From positions 1 to 62,645 of the forward strand of contig CANJWO010000003.1 in NCBI GenBank assembly GCA_947478685.1: a stretch of 62,645 nt of DNA. Direction: 5' to 3'. The DNA comes from Chlamydiota bacterium (lineage in GTDB: Bacteria; Chlamydiota; Chlamydiia; Chlamydiales; 2-12-FULL-49-11). Below the pieces are notes generated by a model, which made no database searches, was not told the origin of the DNA, and saw only the letters and a list, made by a program, of their open reading frames with translations. Position numbers and translations under genes: made by a program. Every line of letters starts with the position of its first letter. The stretch's first letter is position 1. Positions 8,318 to 19,368 of this stretch are shown here, piece after piece.

Positions 8318-8869
8318 TTAATCGATAAGAATGTCGAGGCCGTCTAGGAGCGAGAGGACTTCGGGGCTTGAAAATTTAGCTTTGGTAAGTTTGTTTGAAG
8401 TGAGATTGATGGAATAGTTAATCGCTTCATGAAAGTTAGCTTTAGTCATATTTGTGTTATGAAACATGCTTCCCTTTAGATCGCAGCCTTGGAAGTTTGC
8501 TTGGATAAGAACGGTAGCTGTAAAATAGGTGTCACGAATAACCGATTTTAAGAATGAGGTGTTTCTTAAGTTGAGATCAGAAAAATTACAGGTGTCGATG
8601 AGGCAGTTTGTAAATTTTATGGAGATAAATGTAGGATCACATTTTGAAAAATTGGCCCCTACAAGTTTGGAATTTAAGAAATGGACATTTTGAAATCGAC
8701 ACGAATCAATTTTAACTAAACTTAGATTACATTTACTGAACGTGCAATCTATGAAAGTTGCATGGCTTAAGTTAGCTTGGTTAAGATCACAGTTTTCAAA
8801 AGTGATATCGGTAAAAGTTTTGTGATTGAGGTTTGCTCCAGCAAAGTTCTGTTTTTCTAAGAGAGTCAT
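8318..8869 (-). CDS. Pentapeptide-repeat protein
   Basis: 183 aa made almost entirely of A(D/N)LXX-type pentapeptide repeats (ANLNH, ANLSH, CNLSL, ANFSK, ANFQG, ANFHE ...). Confidence 0.85.
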   Translation of the reverse strand: MTLLEKQNFAGANLNHKTFTDITFENCDLNQANLSHATFIDCTFSKCNLSLVKIDSCRFQNVHFLNSKLVGANFSKCDPTFISIKFTNCLIDTCNFSDLNLRNTSFLKSVIRDTYFTATVLIQANFQGCDLKGSMFHNTNMTKANFHEAINYSINLTSNKLTKAKFSSPEVLSLLDGLDILID

Positions 8870-8872
8870 ATA

Positions 8873-10261
8873 TTAACGAGGCCTTTTTTTGGAGAATTTT
8901 TTGTAGAGGAAGAAGATAGAGAGAGGGGCTAGAACGATAACGTAACCTAAGGCAATAAGGAGAGCATATTTGGCTTTCGAGCCAAATTGGAGGGCTTCAG
9001 GGGCAAAAAAACTAATGATGATGGTAATGATGCAGCCAAAAATGCCTAAAATAGTTGTTGTCCACATTCCGATAGATCCACCCGGGATTTTGAAAACTTT
9101 TGGCCGATCAATATATTTGTGATGAAGAGTGATAGCAGCTAGAAACATTAGGATGTACATAAGCATATAAAGGCTTGTGCTTAATGCGGTTAGCAGCCAA
9201 TAAAAAGCATTTACGCTAGGAACTAGCAGATAGACAAAACAAAAAGCACTAACTAAGATTGCCTGTATAATAAGAATATTAGCAGGGGCGTCGAAACGAT
9301 TTTTTTTTGCAAAAAATGGGGGTAAGTAGCCAAATTCAGCGGCATGGAGAAAGCCCTTTGCAGGGGAGAGGAGCCAATTAATGATACTTCCGACCGTGCC
9401 GACAACGATTATAATTGGAATAACAGGTAAGAACCAAGATAGATTAAATGCATTTAGAAAAAGGGAGAAGACTTCTACAACTCCGGCAACTAGACTAATT
9501 TCATTTTGTGGAATTATGATTGCAATTGCGAGGGAGCCGAGTAGCATAGAAAAGAGTATAAAAAGGCTCGCTATACAAATGGCTCTTGGAAAATTTCTTT
9601 GCGGATTTTTAATTCCGGTAATATAGACCCCTGCAAGCTCCATTCCCAGAAAACCTGCCATGATTGAAATAAGCGATACCCAGGAAGAGGCCGTTTTAAA
9701 AGTTGGAAGTATAGTGGCTGCACTAAATTCGATTTGAATAGGATGTCCAGTATAGACCCAAACAGCACCGAGAATAATTAGCAAAATAAGGGGAAAAATA
9801 GTCCCTATTATACCGCATAACTCGCTTATTTTTGCTGAAGTTCTAAGGCCAAAGAGATTAAAAATAGTGAAAGCCCAGAAAAGGGCGATTACTGTTGAAA
9901 GAATATAAACTGGTGATGAAATGAGGCTAGGACTAATCAAATAGGCGATTGTACCTGCAATAAATGAGAGGATAGATGGATACCAGACTAATGTATTGGT
10001 CCATTGAAGCCAAATTGCAATCATAGCCATTTTATCACCAAATGCTCGATTCACCCAGTAGTAGACACCCCCCTTTTCAGGAAAGGTTGCAGAGAGTTCA
10101 GCAGCAACAAGGGCAGTCGGAATTAAAAATACAATTGCAGCGAATACAAAAAAGAAGATAAGGGAGCTGCCGAATAGGGCAGAAGAGGGGAGGTTTCGAA
10201 TGCTGTCGATTGTTGCAATGATGATGATAATGAGTGAGAACAATGGGATTTTTTTAGACAT
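8873..10261 (-). CDS. APC-superfamily amino-acid permease, GadC (glutamate:GABA antiporter)-like
   Basis: 462 aa with a roughly 12-TM profile. Several stretches align by eye with E. coli GadC from memory: PQNEISLVAGVVEVF vs PGNEINLSAGVMQTF, and FKIPGG vs FNIPGG. Confidence 0.75.
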   Translation of the reverse strand: MSKKIPLFSLIIIIIATIDSIRNLPSSALFGSSLIFFFVFAAIVFLIPTALVAAELSATFPEKGGVYYWVNRAFGDKMAMIAIWLQWTNTLVWYPSILSFIAGTIAYLISPSLISSPVYILSTVIALFWAFTIFNLFGLRTSAKISELCGIIGTIFPLILLIILGAVWVYTGHPIQIEFSAATILPTFKTASSWVSLISIMAGFLGMELAGVYITGIKNPQRNFPRAICIASLFILFSMLLGSLAIAIIIPQNEISLVAGVVEVFSLFLNAFNLSWFLPVIPIIIVVGTVGSIINWLLSPAKGFLHAAEFGYLPPFFAKKNRFDAPANILIIQAILVSAFCFVYLLVPSVNAFYWLLTALSTSLYMLMYILMFLAAITLHHKYIDRPKVFKIPGGSIGMWTTTILGIFGCIITIIISFFAPEALQFGSKAKYALLIALGYVIVLAPLSIFFLYKKFSKKRPR

Positions 10262-10270
10262 GTGTCAATT

Positions 10271-11161
10271 CTACACCAGTTTGGGTTTATTTCTCAAGCG
10301 ATCGAGGACCGGTTTTCCTATTAAAGTTACTGAGAGGCCTAAAAGAATCCAAAGACCTCCGATGAGCATTCTATACGAGAGGGGTTCGTTTAACCATATT
10401 ATAGATGTGAGTATTCCAAAAACAGGGATAAGCATGTTGAAAGGGGCTACCTTAGCAATTGCTTCGGTTCTCATTAGATACATGAGAATTCCGCCTGCAC
10501 CAAGCATGCTTGCCCAAGATGAGAAAAGAACGCTCGACCATCCAACAAGTGTTGCCTCGGTTATTGAAGTGAGAACTAGTTCACCGCCCTCAATCAAAAG
10601 AGAAGAGAGAGCTAAAAAGGGGGAGATCAAGAGGCTCATCCACATCGTTATAGGAAGAGCAGCTGTATTTGCTTTTTTTACAAGTGTATAACCAAGGCCC
10701 CACATGATTGCAGAGGTAAGGCAAAAACCAAGTGATATTAAAGTGCAAGAGAGGTTTTTTTCAGAAAAAATCAGGATAAGACCAATAGAACCTAAAGCGA
10801 TTCCTATAAAATCGTAGAGCGACGGTTTAGCCTTTAAAAGTAAATAGGCAAAAAAGATCGCAAAAAGAGATCCGCTTTGGATGATAAAGCTAGTGGTAGC
10901 AGCAGATGCCCCTAAATAAAGACCTATGTTGACAAGGGCGATGTGCAGGCCGCCAAGAGAGAGTGCAATTGAAATTAATAGACCCCAAGAGATTTTGGGA
11001 CGAGGGATGAAAAATGCTAAAGGAAATATAAAGGCAAACCTAAAGAAACTGAACAAAAGAGGGGGGAATTCGCCTAGTCCAATTTTGCTAAAAGTAGTAT
11101 TTGTTCCAATGATCGCCATCGCTAGTAGGGCTAATAAAATTTTATGTATCGGCATAAGCAA
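10271..11161 (-). CDS. EamA/DMT-superfamily transporter
   Basis: 296 aa with 10 hydrophobic segments arranged as two EamA-like halves. Confidence 0.75.
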   Translation of the reverse strand: MLMPIHKILLALLAMAIIGTNTTFSKIGLGEFPPLLFSFFRFAFIFPLAFFIPRPKISWGLLISIALSLGGLHIALVNIGLYLGASAATTSFIIQSGSLFAIFFAYLLLKAKPSLYDFIGIALGSIGLILIFSEKNLSCTLISLGFCLTSAIMWGLGYTLVKKANTAALPITMWMSLLISPFLALSSLLIEGGELVLTSITEATLVGWSSVLFSSWASMLGAGGILMYLMRTEAIAKVAPFNMLIPVFGILTSIIWLNEPLSYRMLIGGLWILLGLSVTLIGKPVLDRLRNKPKLV

Positions 11162-11228
11162 TCAGTATACAGTAAATCGGTTTTATTGTTAAAATCGTAT
11201 AAATTTTAAATGGGGAAAACTGATTTTT

Positions 11229-12272
11229 ATGACAGCATTTGTGTCGATGCATTCGCTTCCAGCTGAGCATTTTATGGTTTTTGAATCAGTTTTAAAGAAA
11301 AACAGCATTTCTACGCAGATGATTATGGGTGGGGTAGCAAAGAGAGCTTTAGGATCGAGAAAGCCTGACTTTGATATGGATATTTTGACAGGAATGGAAA
11401 TTAAAGAATTTTCTAATGAAGTTGCAAAGATTTGTGAATGTGTAAATATAATTTTTGTGGGTATGGGGCATCAATTTGCGGGTCATTTTTTAGAGGCCAT
11501 TACAAGACTTTATGGAGATACCAAGAGGGTGATTCTATATTACGAAAATCCTGAAATATTTGTTCCTGGGGGATATTCAGAGCTCGCACAAGCTGCTGTG
11601 TCTATAGGAAAACCACGTGAGATAGCTTTTGCCAATAAAAATCTTGCAAAAGAAGAAATTTCAGTTTGTGAGGGATTAGAAGGGGTCAAAAAATTGGGTC
11701 TTGGTTATTACCCCATGCATGATATTGAGATATTAAAGAAATTACGAACAGAAAGAGTAGTGGATGAAAAGAGAAGCTGGATTTATCTTGCTGGAGCTGA
11801 AATAAATATCGATTATATCAATAAGGCGCTTCCTAGCTTTATTAAAATGTTATCTGAAATCTCTTTTGAGGAAAATCCTACTACATTAGTTTTCAGGAAG
11901 CATCCCCGTTCTTCCGGATCTGATTGGAAAAGGGTCGAAGCTCTTGAAAGACCTGGGTTAACAATATTATTAGATGAGGATCCGATTCTGCTAAATACAT
12001 TATCTGCAGCTAATTATGCTTTTTACTACCAAACAAGCTTGTCGCCGCTATTAGTTCTTGGTGGGGTAAACCCGATTCAAGTAGGACATGAAGTCTATCA
12101 TGAAACTCTTGTTGATAAAGGGGTTATTCCGGTTGCTCTGAATGCAGTGGAATTGCAGGCGATTCTTGATTCGCCTAAAAAAGAGGTAGCAGAAGAGATC
12201 GTTTATGATGCAATTGGGTACGACCCCCTCTGGGAAAACAGACTTCTAGCAATAGTCCAGGGTGTTCTTTAA
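11229..12272 (+). CDS. Hypothetical protein (two Rossmann-like halves, possibly a GT-B-like fold)
   Basis: 347-aa ORF with coding-like composition and no diagnostic motif. Confidence 0.45.
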   Translation: MTAFVSMHSLPAEHFMVFESVLKKNSISTQMIMGGVAKRALGSRKPDFDMDILTGMEIKEFSNEVAKICECVNIIFVGMGHQFAGHFLEAITRLYGDTKRVILYYENPEIFVPGGYSELAQAAVSIGKPREIAFANKNLAKEEISVCEGLEGVKKLGLGYYPMHDIEILKKLRTERVVDEKRSWIYLAGAEINIDYINKALPSFIKMLSEISFEENPTTLVFRKHPRSSGSDWKRVEALERPGLTILLDEDPILLNTLSAANYAFYYQTSLSPLLVLGGVNPIQVGHEVYHETLVDKGVIPVALNAVELQAILDSPKKEVAEEIVYDAIGYDPLWENRLLAIVQGVL

Positions 12273-12481
12273 TTCATCATGGTTGGAGTAACATCAGGTG
12301 ATGTGGGCATCATCACCTGTGTGTGATAGAAGAGAGAGTAAATAAGCGAGACGATGAAAAGAATAAGAAAGATGATGAAAAGGACTTTTGCAATTTGGGC
12401 AGCTAGGCCTGAAACTCCATAAAATCCTAAGGCTCCTGCAACTATTGCAATGACTAAAAAAATGACAACCCACATGAGCAT
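12269..12481 (-). CDS. Small membrane protein, UPF0391/DUF1328 family
   Basis: [47 protein letters not shown] matches the DUF1328 pattern. Start taken at the internal ATG (12481). Confidence 0.65.
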   Translation of the reverse strand: MLMWVVIFLVIAIVAGALGFYGVSGLAAQIAKVLFIIFLILFIVSLIYSLFYHTQVMMPTSPDVTPTMMN

Positions 12482-12548
12482 ATAATAAATCTCCATTTAT
12501 ATAATTTCAGATATAGCAAGAAATTTTTTAAATGGAAGTTTTTTATTT

Positions 12549-13220
12549 TCAGAAAGGATTTAGAGCTTTTAAGCCATCGAGGGTTGTGTCAACTGGGTTA
12601 CTAATAGCATCTTGTGTCATTTTAAGAGGGATGTTAATGAGGTTTTTAATGTTAAAAATAACCTCCTTTAAAATTGCTTGTGTCAGGCGTCTTGTGAGTT
12701 CGCCTCCTTTAGTTTGGACGTTCAAAAGTGTCAGTTTAGGGATTTTTAGAGTTTTTAATTTACCATCTTTTCCTTCTATTCGGACGATTAAATTATTGAA
12801 TGTAAGTTTTTTAATCACTGCGTAGGAATCTGATTTATCATCATCGGTCTCTATATTATTCATCAGTGTCTCCCAATTGGTGACGTTATCTAAATAGTCA
12901 ACAGTAAGGGTAATATTAGTAAGTTCAATTCTATCGATACTAACCACTTTTTCTAAGTAATTTTTATAAGGAGCTTCAATTGCTATTGACCCAATTCTTA
13001 GGGCATAAGCAGTGGGGTAATCGATCGGATTTGCCAAGGTAAGATTCTCTAGCAAAATATCTTTCATTGGAGAGAGCTCGATATCTTCTATTCTGACGCT
13101 AGTTTTAAATTTCGTGGTAAGTATATGAGATAGAATGAGATCCAACTTAGTGTAAGCAATTGCACCTATTGCAGATAAGGTTAGAAGTAGAAAGAGGATG
13201 ATCCCAAGCAATCGTCTCAT
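12549..13220 (-). CDS. Membrane-anchored hypothetical protein
   Basis: 223 aa with an N-terminal signal anchor (RRLLGIILFLLLTLSAIGAIA) followed by a beta-rich soluble part. No motif recognised. Confidence 0.5.
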   Translation of the reverse strand: MRRLLGIILFLLLTLSAIGAIAYTKLDLILSHILTTKFKTSVRIEDIELSPMKDILLENLTLANPIDYPTAYALRIGSIAIEAPYKNYLEKVVSIDRIELTNITLTVDYLDNVTNWETLMNNIETDDDKSDSYAVIKKLTFNNLIVRIEGKDGKLKTLKIPKLTLLNVQTKGGELTRRLTQAILKEVIFNIKNLINIPLKMTQDAISNPVDTTLDGLKALNPF

Positions 13221-13235
13221 GAGATTATGGTTATA

Positions 13236-13275
13236 TTAAAAAAGAAAGGCGCGCAAGGAAAATTCGAGCGCGCCT
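13236..13275 (-). terminator. Intrinsic terminator of groES-groEL
   Basis: Perfect 8-bp GC stem AGGCGCGC (13247-13254) / GCGCGCCT (13268-13275), followed on the minus strand by TTCTTTTTT. Confidence 0.8.
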
Positions 13276-13291
13276 AAAAGAATACTTAAGA

Positions 13292-14929
<1,638 letters not shown>

Positions 14930-14955
14930 TTAAAATCTCCTAATAATTTAAATTT

Positions 14956-15264
14956 TTATTCAAGCGTAGCAATAATATCATCTGCTTTTACGATTACGAA
15001 ATCATCTTCGTCTTCAATTTTAACTTCGTTACCTGCGAACTTATCCCACATCACTTTATCGCCGATTTTTACGGGGATTTCCATCCGTTTGCCATCTTTA
15101 TCCAGTTTGCCAGGGCCTACTGCGATTACTTCGCCAAGTTCCTGTTTTTCTCTAGCTGTGTCAGGTAGAATGATTCCACCAGTTGTTCTCTCTTCGTGCT
15201 TAGAACGTTTTACTAGAACGCGATCAGCCAGAGGGCGGAGTTTTACTTTCGTTTCTGTTGCCAT
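14956..15264 (-). CDS. groES: Co-chaperonin GroES
   Basis: 102 aa. LRPLADRVLVKR ... GGIILPDTA mobile loop. Lies 29 nt upstream of groEL. Confidence 0.97.
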   Translation of the reverse strand: MATETKVKLRPLADRVLVKRSKHEERTTGGIILPDTAREKQELGEVIAVGPGKLDKDGKRMEIPVKIGDKVMWDKFAGNEVKIEDEDDFVIVKADDIIATLE

Positions 15265-15345
15265 GATTTCTTCTCCTTGTTAGGTTTAATTCTTGTTGAT
15301 ATCATAAGCAATTTAGATATATTTTTCAAGAGATCAGATAAAAAT

Positions 15346-15372
15346 TTGGCACTAATTTGCTGAAATTGCTAA
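15346..15372 (-). promoter_or_regulatory. Degenerate CIRCE-like operator (HrcA site) upstream of groES
   Basis: The minus strand reads TTAGCAATT-TCAGCAAAT-TAGTGCCAA, against the CIRCE consensus TTAGCACTC-N9-GAGTGCTAA. Lies 82-108 nt upstream of the groES ATG. Confidence 0.55.
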
Positions 15373-15398
15373 TTTTTTTAAAATAAGGTGGGGTAAAT

Positions 15399-17162
15399 AT
15401 GGCAATAAAAAGGGAAGAACAAGATGTATCAGTGACTTGGGACCTAAAAAAGATTTACCAAACACCTGAGGATTGGGAAAAAAATTATCAGGAAATTTTT
15501 AAAAAATCTGATTTAGGGTGGAAAGAAGTTCTAGAAGGTAAGGGAAAATTAGGTGAAGGCTCAAAAGCAGTAGAAAAAACTTTAGATGCATATTTTTTAA
15601 TTTCTCGTGAATTAGAAAAACTTTATACATATGCCCATCTTAATAAAGATGTAGATCTGTCTAATAATTTTTTTAAAGAAATGTATGATAAGATTGAAGC
15701 TCTTTTTCACGATTTTTCCCACAAGACTGCCTGGCTCGAATCTGAGCTTTTGCAGTTAGAAACAGTTTCAGTTCCTAAATACGACTTCTATCTTGAAAAG
15801 CTATTTGATCAAAAAGCCCACATACTAAGTACCGATAAAGAGGAAATATTGGCCCTTGCGGGACAAATTAAGAGTGTTCCACAAAAGGTCTTCTCTCTCT
15901 TTAATAATGCTGATCTCAGTTTTCCCGATGTTATTGATGAAAATGGGGAAAAACAGGAACTTACCCACGCCTCTTACCATAAATATATGAAAGGGCAAGA
16001 TCGGACTTTAAGAGAAAATGCCTTCAAAACACTTCATCAAACTTTCCATAAATTTGAAAATACAGTGACTGAACTTATCGCTGGACAAGTGCAGACTCAT
16101 ATATTTACACAGAAAGTACGGAAATATGATAACTGTTTAACGGCTGCTTTATCTCCACATCATATTCCTACTGAAGTCTATAAGACATTGATTGAGACTG
16201 TTCGGGAGAATCTTGCACCCCTTCATGAATATGTAAAAATGAGAAAAGAGATTCTTGGTGTCGATAAGCTTCATTATTGGGATTTGATGGTCCCATTAGT
16301 GAAGGATTGTGATAGGCTTTTTCCTTATGAAGAGGCTGTAGATATTGTTGTTGATTCGGTCGCTATTCTCGGGGAGGAGTACCAAGAGAAGTTAAGGGAA
16401 GGCTTAAAAAGAGATAGATGGGTCGATGTCTATGAGAATAAGGGGAAGCGCTCAGGGGCTTATTCAAGTGGATGTTTTGATTCGATGCCCTACATCTTAC
16501 TTAATTACCAAGGGACGATTACAGATTTATTAACTCTTTCGCACGAAGCGGGGCATAGTATGCACTCTTTATATAGCAATAAAGGGCAGCCTTACCACTA
16601 CGCGCACTATCCCATTTTTTTAGCAGAGATTGCTTCAACTTTTCATGAAAGGCTGACTTATGAGCATCTGCTCACTAAAATGACCTCAGAAAAAGAGAGG
16701 TCCTACCTCTTAAATCAACAAATAGAGGGAATACGGACAACATTTTTTAGACAGACTATGTTTGCTGAATTTGAACTGACTATTCATGAGCTTTTAGAAA
16801 AGCAAATTCCTCTGACACCAGATCGTCTCAAAGAGGAGTATAAAAAGCTAAATGTCGAATATTTTGGCCCCGATCTTATAATTGACGATGAACTTACATC
16901 TGAATATTTAAGGATTCCCCATTTTTATTACAATTTCTATGTCTATCAATATGCAACTGGAATTGCTGCAGCGTACACTCTAGTTGATAGGGTCAAGCTA
17001 GATGGTCCAAATAATTATTTAAGGTTTCTCTCTTCCGGTGGAAGTGATTATCCGGTAGACTTGTTGAAAAAAGCGGGGTTAGATATTACCAAGAAAGAAT
17101 CCCTAGTTGGGCTTTTGACATTTTGGAAAAATTTACTTTTAAAAAATCTCTCTAAAAAGTAA
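15399..17162 (+). CDS. pepF: Oligoendopeptidase F (M3B)
   Basis: 587 aa with the zinc motif HEAGHSMH and typical PepF length and layout. Confidence 0.9.
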   Translation: MAIKREEQDVSVTWDLKKIYQTPEDWEKNYQEIFKKSDLGWKEVLEGKGKLGEGSKAVEKTLDAYFLISRELEKLYTYAHLNKDVDLSNNFFKEMYDKIEALFHDFSHKTAWLESELLQLETVSVPKYDFYLEKLFDQKAHILSTDKEEILALAGQIKSVPQKVFSLFNNADLSFPDVIDENGEKQELTHASYHKYMKGQDRTLRENAFKTLHQTFHKFENTVTELIAGQVQTHIFTQKVRKYDNCLTAALSPHHIPTEVYKTLIETVRENLAPLHEYVKMRKEILGVDKLHYWDLMVPLVKDCDRLFPYEEAVDIVVDSVAILGEEYQEKLREGLKRDRWVDVYENKGKRSGAYSSGCFDSMPYILLNYQGTITDLLTLSHEAGHSMHSLYSNKGQPYHYAHYPIFLAEIASTFHERLTYEHLLTKMTSEKERSYLLNQQIEGIRTTFFRQTMFAEFELTIHELLEKQIPLTPDRLKEEYKKLNVEYFGPDLIIDDELTSEYLRIPHFYYNFYVYQYATGIAAAYTLVDRVKLDGPNNYLRFLSSGGSDYPVDLLKKAGLDITKKESLVGLLTFWKNLLLKNLSKK

Positions 17163-17163
17163 G

Positions 17164-17487
17164 ATGGCAACGGATTTGTCCATAATTAAGCTAGAGTTGG
17201 GTATGCTACAAAAAGTTAAGATAAAAGATACATTTGTTGTTATGAATGAGAAAGGGCTGCATACCCGTCCTGCAACGGAACTTGTTAAGTGTGTCTCTAA
17301 TTTTAAAGCCCAAGTGACCCTACATTATCAAAATCTCTCTGTAAATGCAAAATCGCTCCTTGGTATTCTCATGCTAGCTGCCGCCAGGGGCGCCAAAATT
17401 CGTATCGAAGCAGAAGGGGACGACGCTGAAGCTTGCGTCTCTTCCCTCATCGACCTAGCTAAGAATAAATTCCATATGAGTTATTGA
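17164..17487 (+). CDS. ptsH: Phosphocarrier protein HPr (with N-terminal extension)
   Basis: Active-site motif GLHTRPA and regulatory Ser region NAKSLLGIL. An alternative start is at 17203. Confidence 0.85.
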   Translation: MATDLSIIKLELGMLQKVKIKDTFVVMNEKGLHTRPATELVKCVSNFKAQVTLHYQNLSVNAKSLLGILMLAAARGAKIRIEAEGDDAEACVSSLIDLAKNKFHMSY

Positions 17488-17489
17488 GT

Positions 17490-18848
17490 TTAGACTAAGC
17501 GAGAGTAGTGATATTTTGCTATACTATGTCTCCTATCAAGTTCTGTGTAAGTAGCGTTTAGGGGACGAAATTGAGAAGCCCACGCAAAGTCTTTAAGGGA
17601 TTTATTATGAGTTTTTAGTTTGTCGCTACCGCCCATTGCATGCTTTAGTTCAATAAGGAGAGCTAGGAATATAAACCCTATTCTAGTAATAATTCCAATG
17701 GTAATGGAGAGTGGCAACAAAGCGTATTTCACTATTTTTAACCTGCGCATCATAACTGTTTTTCCTGTAGATTTTACTACATCTACCGTGGCTGGGTCCG
17801 AGAGAACACACTTAGTATGGCGGTCAGACAATGAAAGGGATGAACCGTCGGGGTGGAGTATGTGTTTTTCACCAAAAAATCGCTTATGTCCAATACCGTT
17901 ACCGATAATGTCACCTTTTACTGTACAAGTTCTCGAGGTAAATTTACCCTGACCAAGACCTTCATATTTGGCTAATTCAGCTTTTGTAACTCCTGGCGCA
18001 TTAAATGTGATAATCTCCTTTACAAAACGGGCATTGTCCCTATCTATTGCAAAGCTACTCGCTAGTTTTCCCCCAAGACTATGTCCGCCGATGACCACTC
18101 GACCATAAGTTTGATAAACAGAACGAAGGAGTTTTGCTATTTTTTCCCCATCTTTTTTTATAATACTTCTCCCTACATCTATTTGTGGAGAAATATCAGT
18201 AGTAAATATATGGGCAGTTAAAGCGGAAAAGCCAAGATCTGCGCGTAGTGAGCCGGATGCATTGACAGCGTCAGTCCCTCGAAATATTAAGATAGGTGAT
18301 ACTCCTGCTTCCAGTTCGACAGGACGAAAAAGATATGCCATATTTCCATCAGACAAAGGAATAGCAATGGGTGTAAATGAACGAAGTTCAAATGTTCTAA
18401 TGATTGCTCCATCGATTAATTTATCGATTAAAACAGGTATTCGAATAGGCTCGTTCGGATTGAGTAAATCGTAGGCGAGTACTTTTGAAAGTATTTCATG
18501 GATTATTAACTCGCCTCTAGGTCCGAAATCAGGATTACCAACTGATTTTTCAACGATATCTTCGAAGGTCTTTGCGATTTGCTCGAGAGCTTTAGGCCTG
18601 GGGGTCAATGGAGAGGTTTGTACTGAGCCATATTGTCCTGTTGGGACAGGGCTCTCAGGGATTCTTGCTAGATTGGAAGTGGTGCTTGCTGGGCTTCCCC
18701 GAAAAACGGAGCGATCAAAAACTGATCCTGTAGGGCTGAGCGTTGGGCTAACTTCTGGAGAAGTGGGAAGGGGGGAAGAGTCGGCTGAGGAGTTACAAAA
18801 GTAATTTAAAATACCAATTCCATCTAGGATAATCATTAAATACTCCAT
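17490..18848 (-). CDS. Class-3 lipase-domain protein with disordered SP/TP-rich N-terminus and C-terminal hydrophobic hairpin; candidate effector
   Basis: Nucleophile elbow VVIGGHSLGGKLA. The first ~90 aa are Ser/Pro/Thr-rich. The C-terminal stretch YALLPLSITIGIITRIGFIFLALLIEL is hydrophobic. Confidence 0.75.
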   Translation of the reverse strand: MEYLMIILDGIGILNYFCNSSADSSPLPTSPEVSPTLSPTGSVFDRSVFRGSPASTTSNLARIPESPVPTGQYGSVQTSPLTPRPKALEQIAKTFEDIVEKSVGNPDFGPRGELIIHEILSKVLAYDLLNPNEPIRIPVLIDKLIDGAIIRTFELRSFTPIAIPLSDGNMAYLFRPVELEAGVSPILIFRGTDAVNASGSLRADLGFSALTAHIFTTDISPQIDVGRSIIKKDGEKIAKLLRSVYQTYGRVVIGGHSLGGKLASSFAIDRDNARFVKEIITFNAPGVTKAELAKYEGLGQGKFTSRTCTVKGDIIGNGIGHKRFFGEKHILHPDGSSLSLSDRHTKCVLSDPATVDVVKSTGKTVMMRRLKIVKYALLPLSITIGIITRIGFIFLALLIELKHAMGGSDKLKTHNKSLKDFAWASQFRPLNATYTELDRRHSIAKYHYSRLV

Positions 18849-18870
18849 ACGTATAAATACATATAGTTAT

Positions 18871-18897
18871 ATTATAACATAATAAAATTATAATTAC
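18871..18897 (-). promoter_or_regulatory. Putative promoter with extended -10 (TGTTATAAT) for the lipase gene
   Basis: The minus strand reads GTAATTATAATTTTATTATGTTATAAT, ending 22 nt upstream of the ATG. It resembles the upstream motifs of the USP and CHAT-like genes. Confidence 0.4.
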
Positions 18898-18954
18898 TAT
18901 AGCTGAAAATAGCTAAGAAATCTTAACTAATTGGCTTTATGACAGTTGTGGTTT

Positions 18955-19368
18955 TTAGTCTTGATAGCTTTCGGCTTTGTCTAGAAGGGCCTGGGTAGAA
19001 TAGACGGGGAGATTATAGATTAAGGCTAGAGAAAGGCCGTCGGAAGGGCGTGTATCGATTTCAAGGATCTTTTGGTGATCGTTTGAGGGTTGAGTAAGAA
19101 AAAGCTTGCAATAGTAAATTGCCTCTGTGACGTCATGAATAACGAGCTGGAGAGGGGTGATTTCAAGGCCACCGCAGATGGATCCAAGGAGATCTAGCGT
19201 TTGGGGGCGAATGTAGGGTTTTCCTGTAAAAAGTCTTTGTACAAATTCCCCAGTAGTAGGGGTGGTATAGATGGCGAATTGCTTCTTCTTAGCTTCTAGG
19301 ATAAAGACAGTGTATTGGCTTGCGTGAATGATTTTTTGAAAAGTTGTGGGGAAAAGCATTTCGGTCAT
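18955..19368 (-). CDS. Bifunctional nuclease domain (DUF151/BFN) protein
   Basis: 137 aa. IDTRPSDGLSLAL and the preceding beta-rich core fit DUF151. Overlaps rpiA by 4 nt. Confidence 0.7.
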   Translation of the reverse strand: MTEMLFPTTFQKIIHASQYTVFILEAKKKQFAIYTTPTTGEFVQRLFTGKPYIRPQTLDLLGSICGGLEITPLQLVIHDVTEAIYYCKLFLTQPSNDHQKILEIDTRPSDGLSLALIYNLPVYSTQALLDKAESYQD

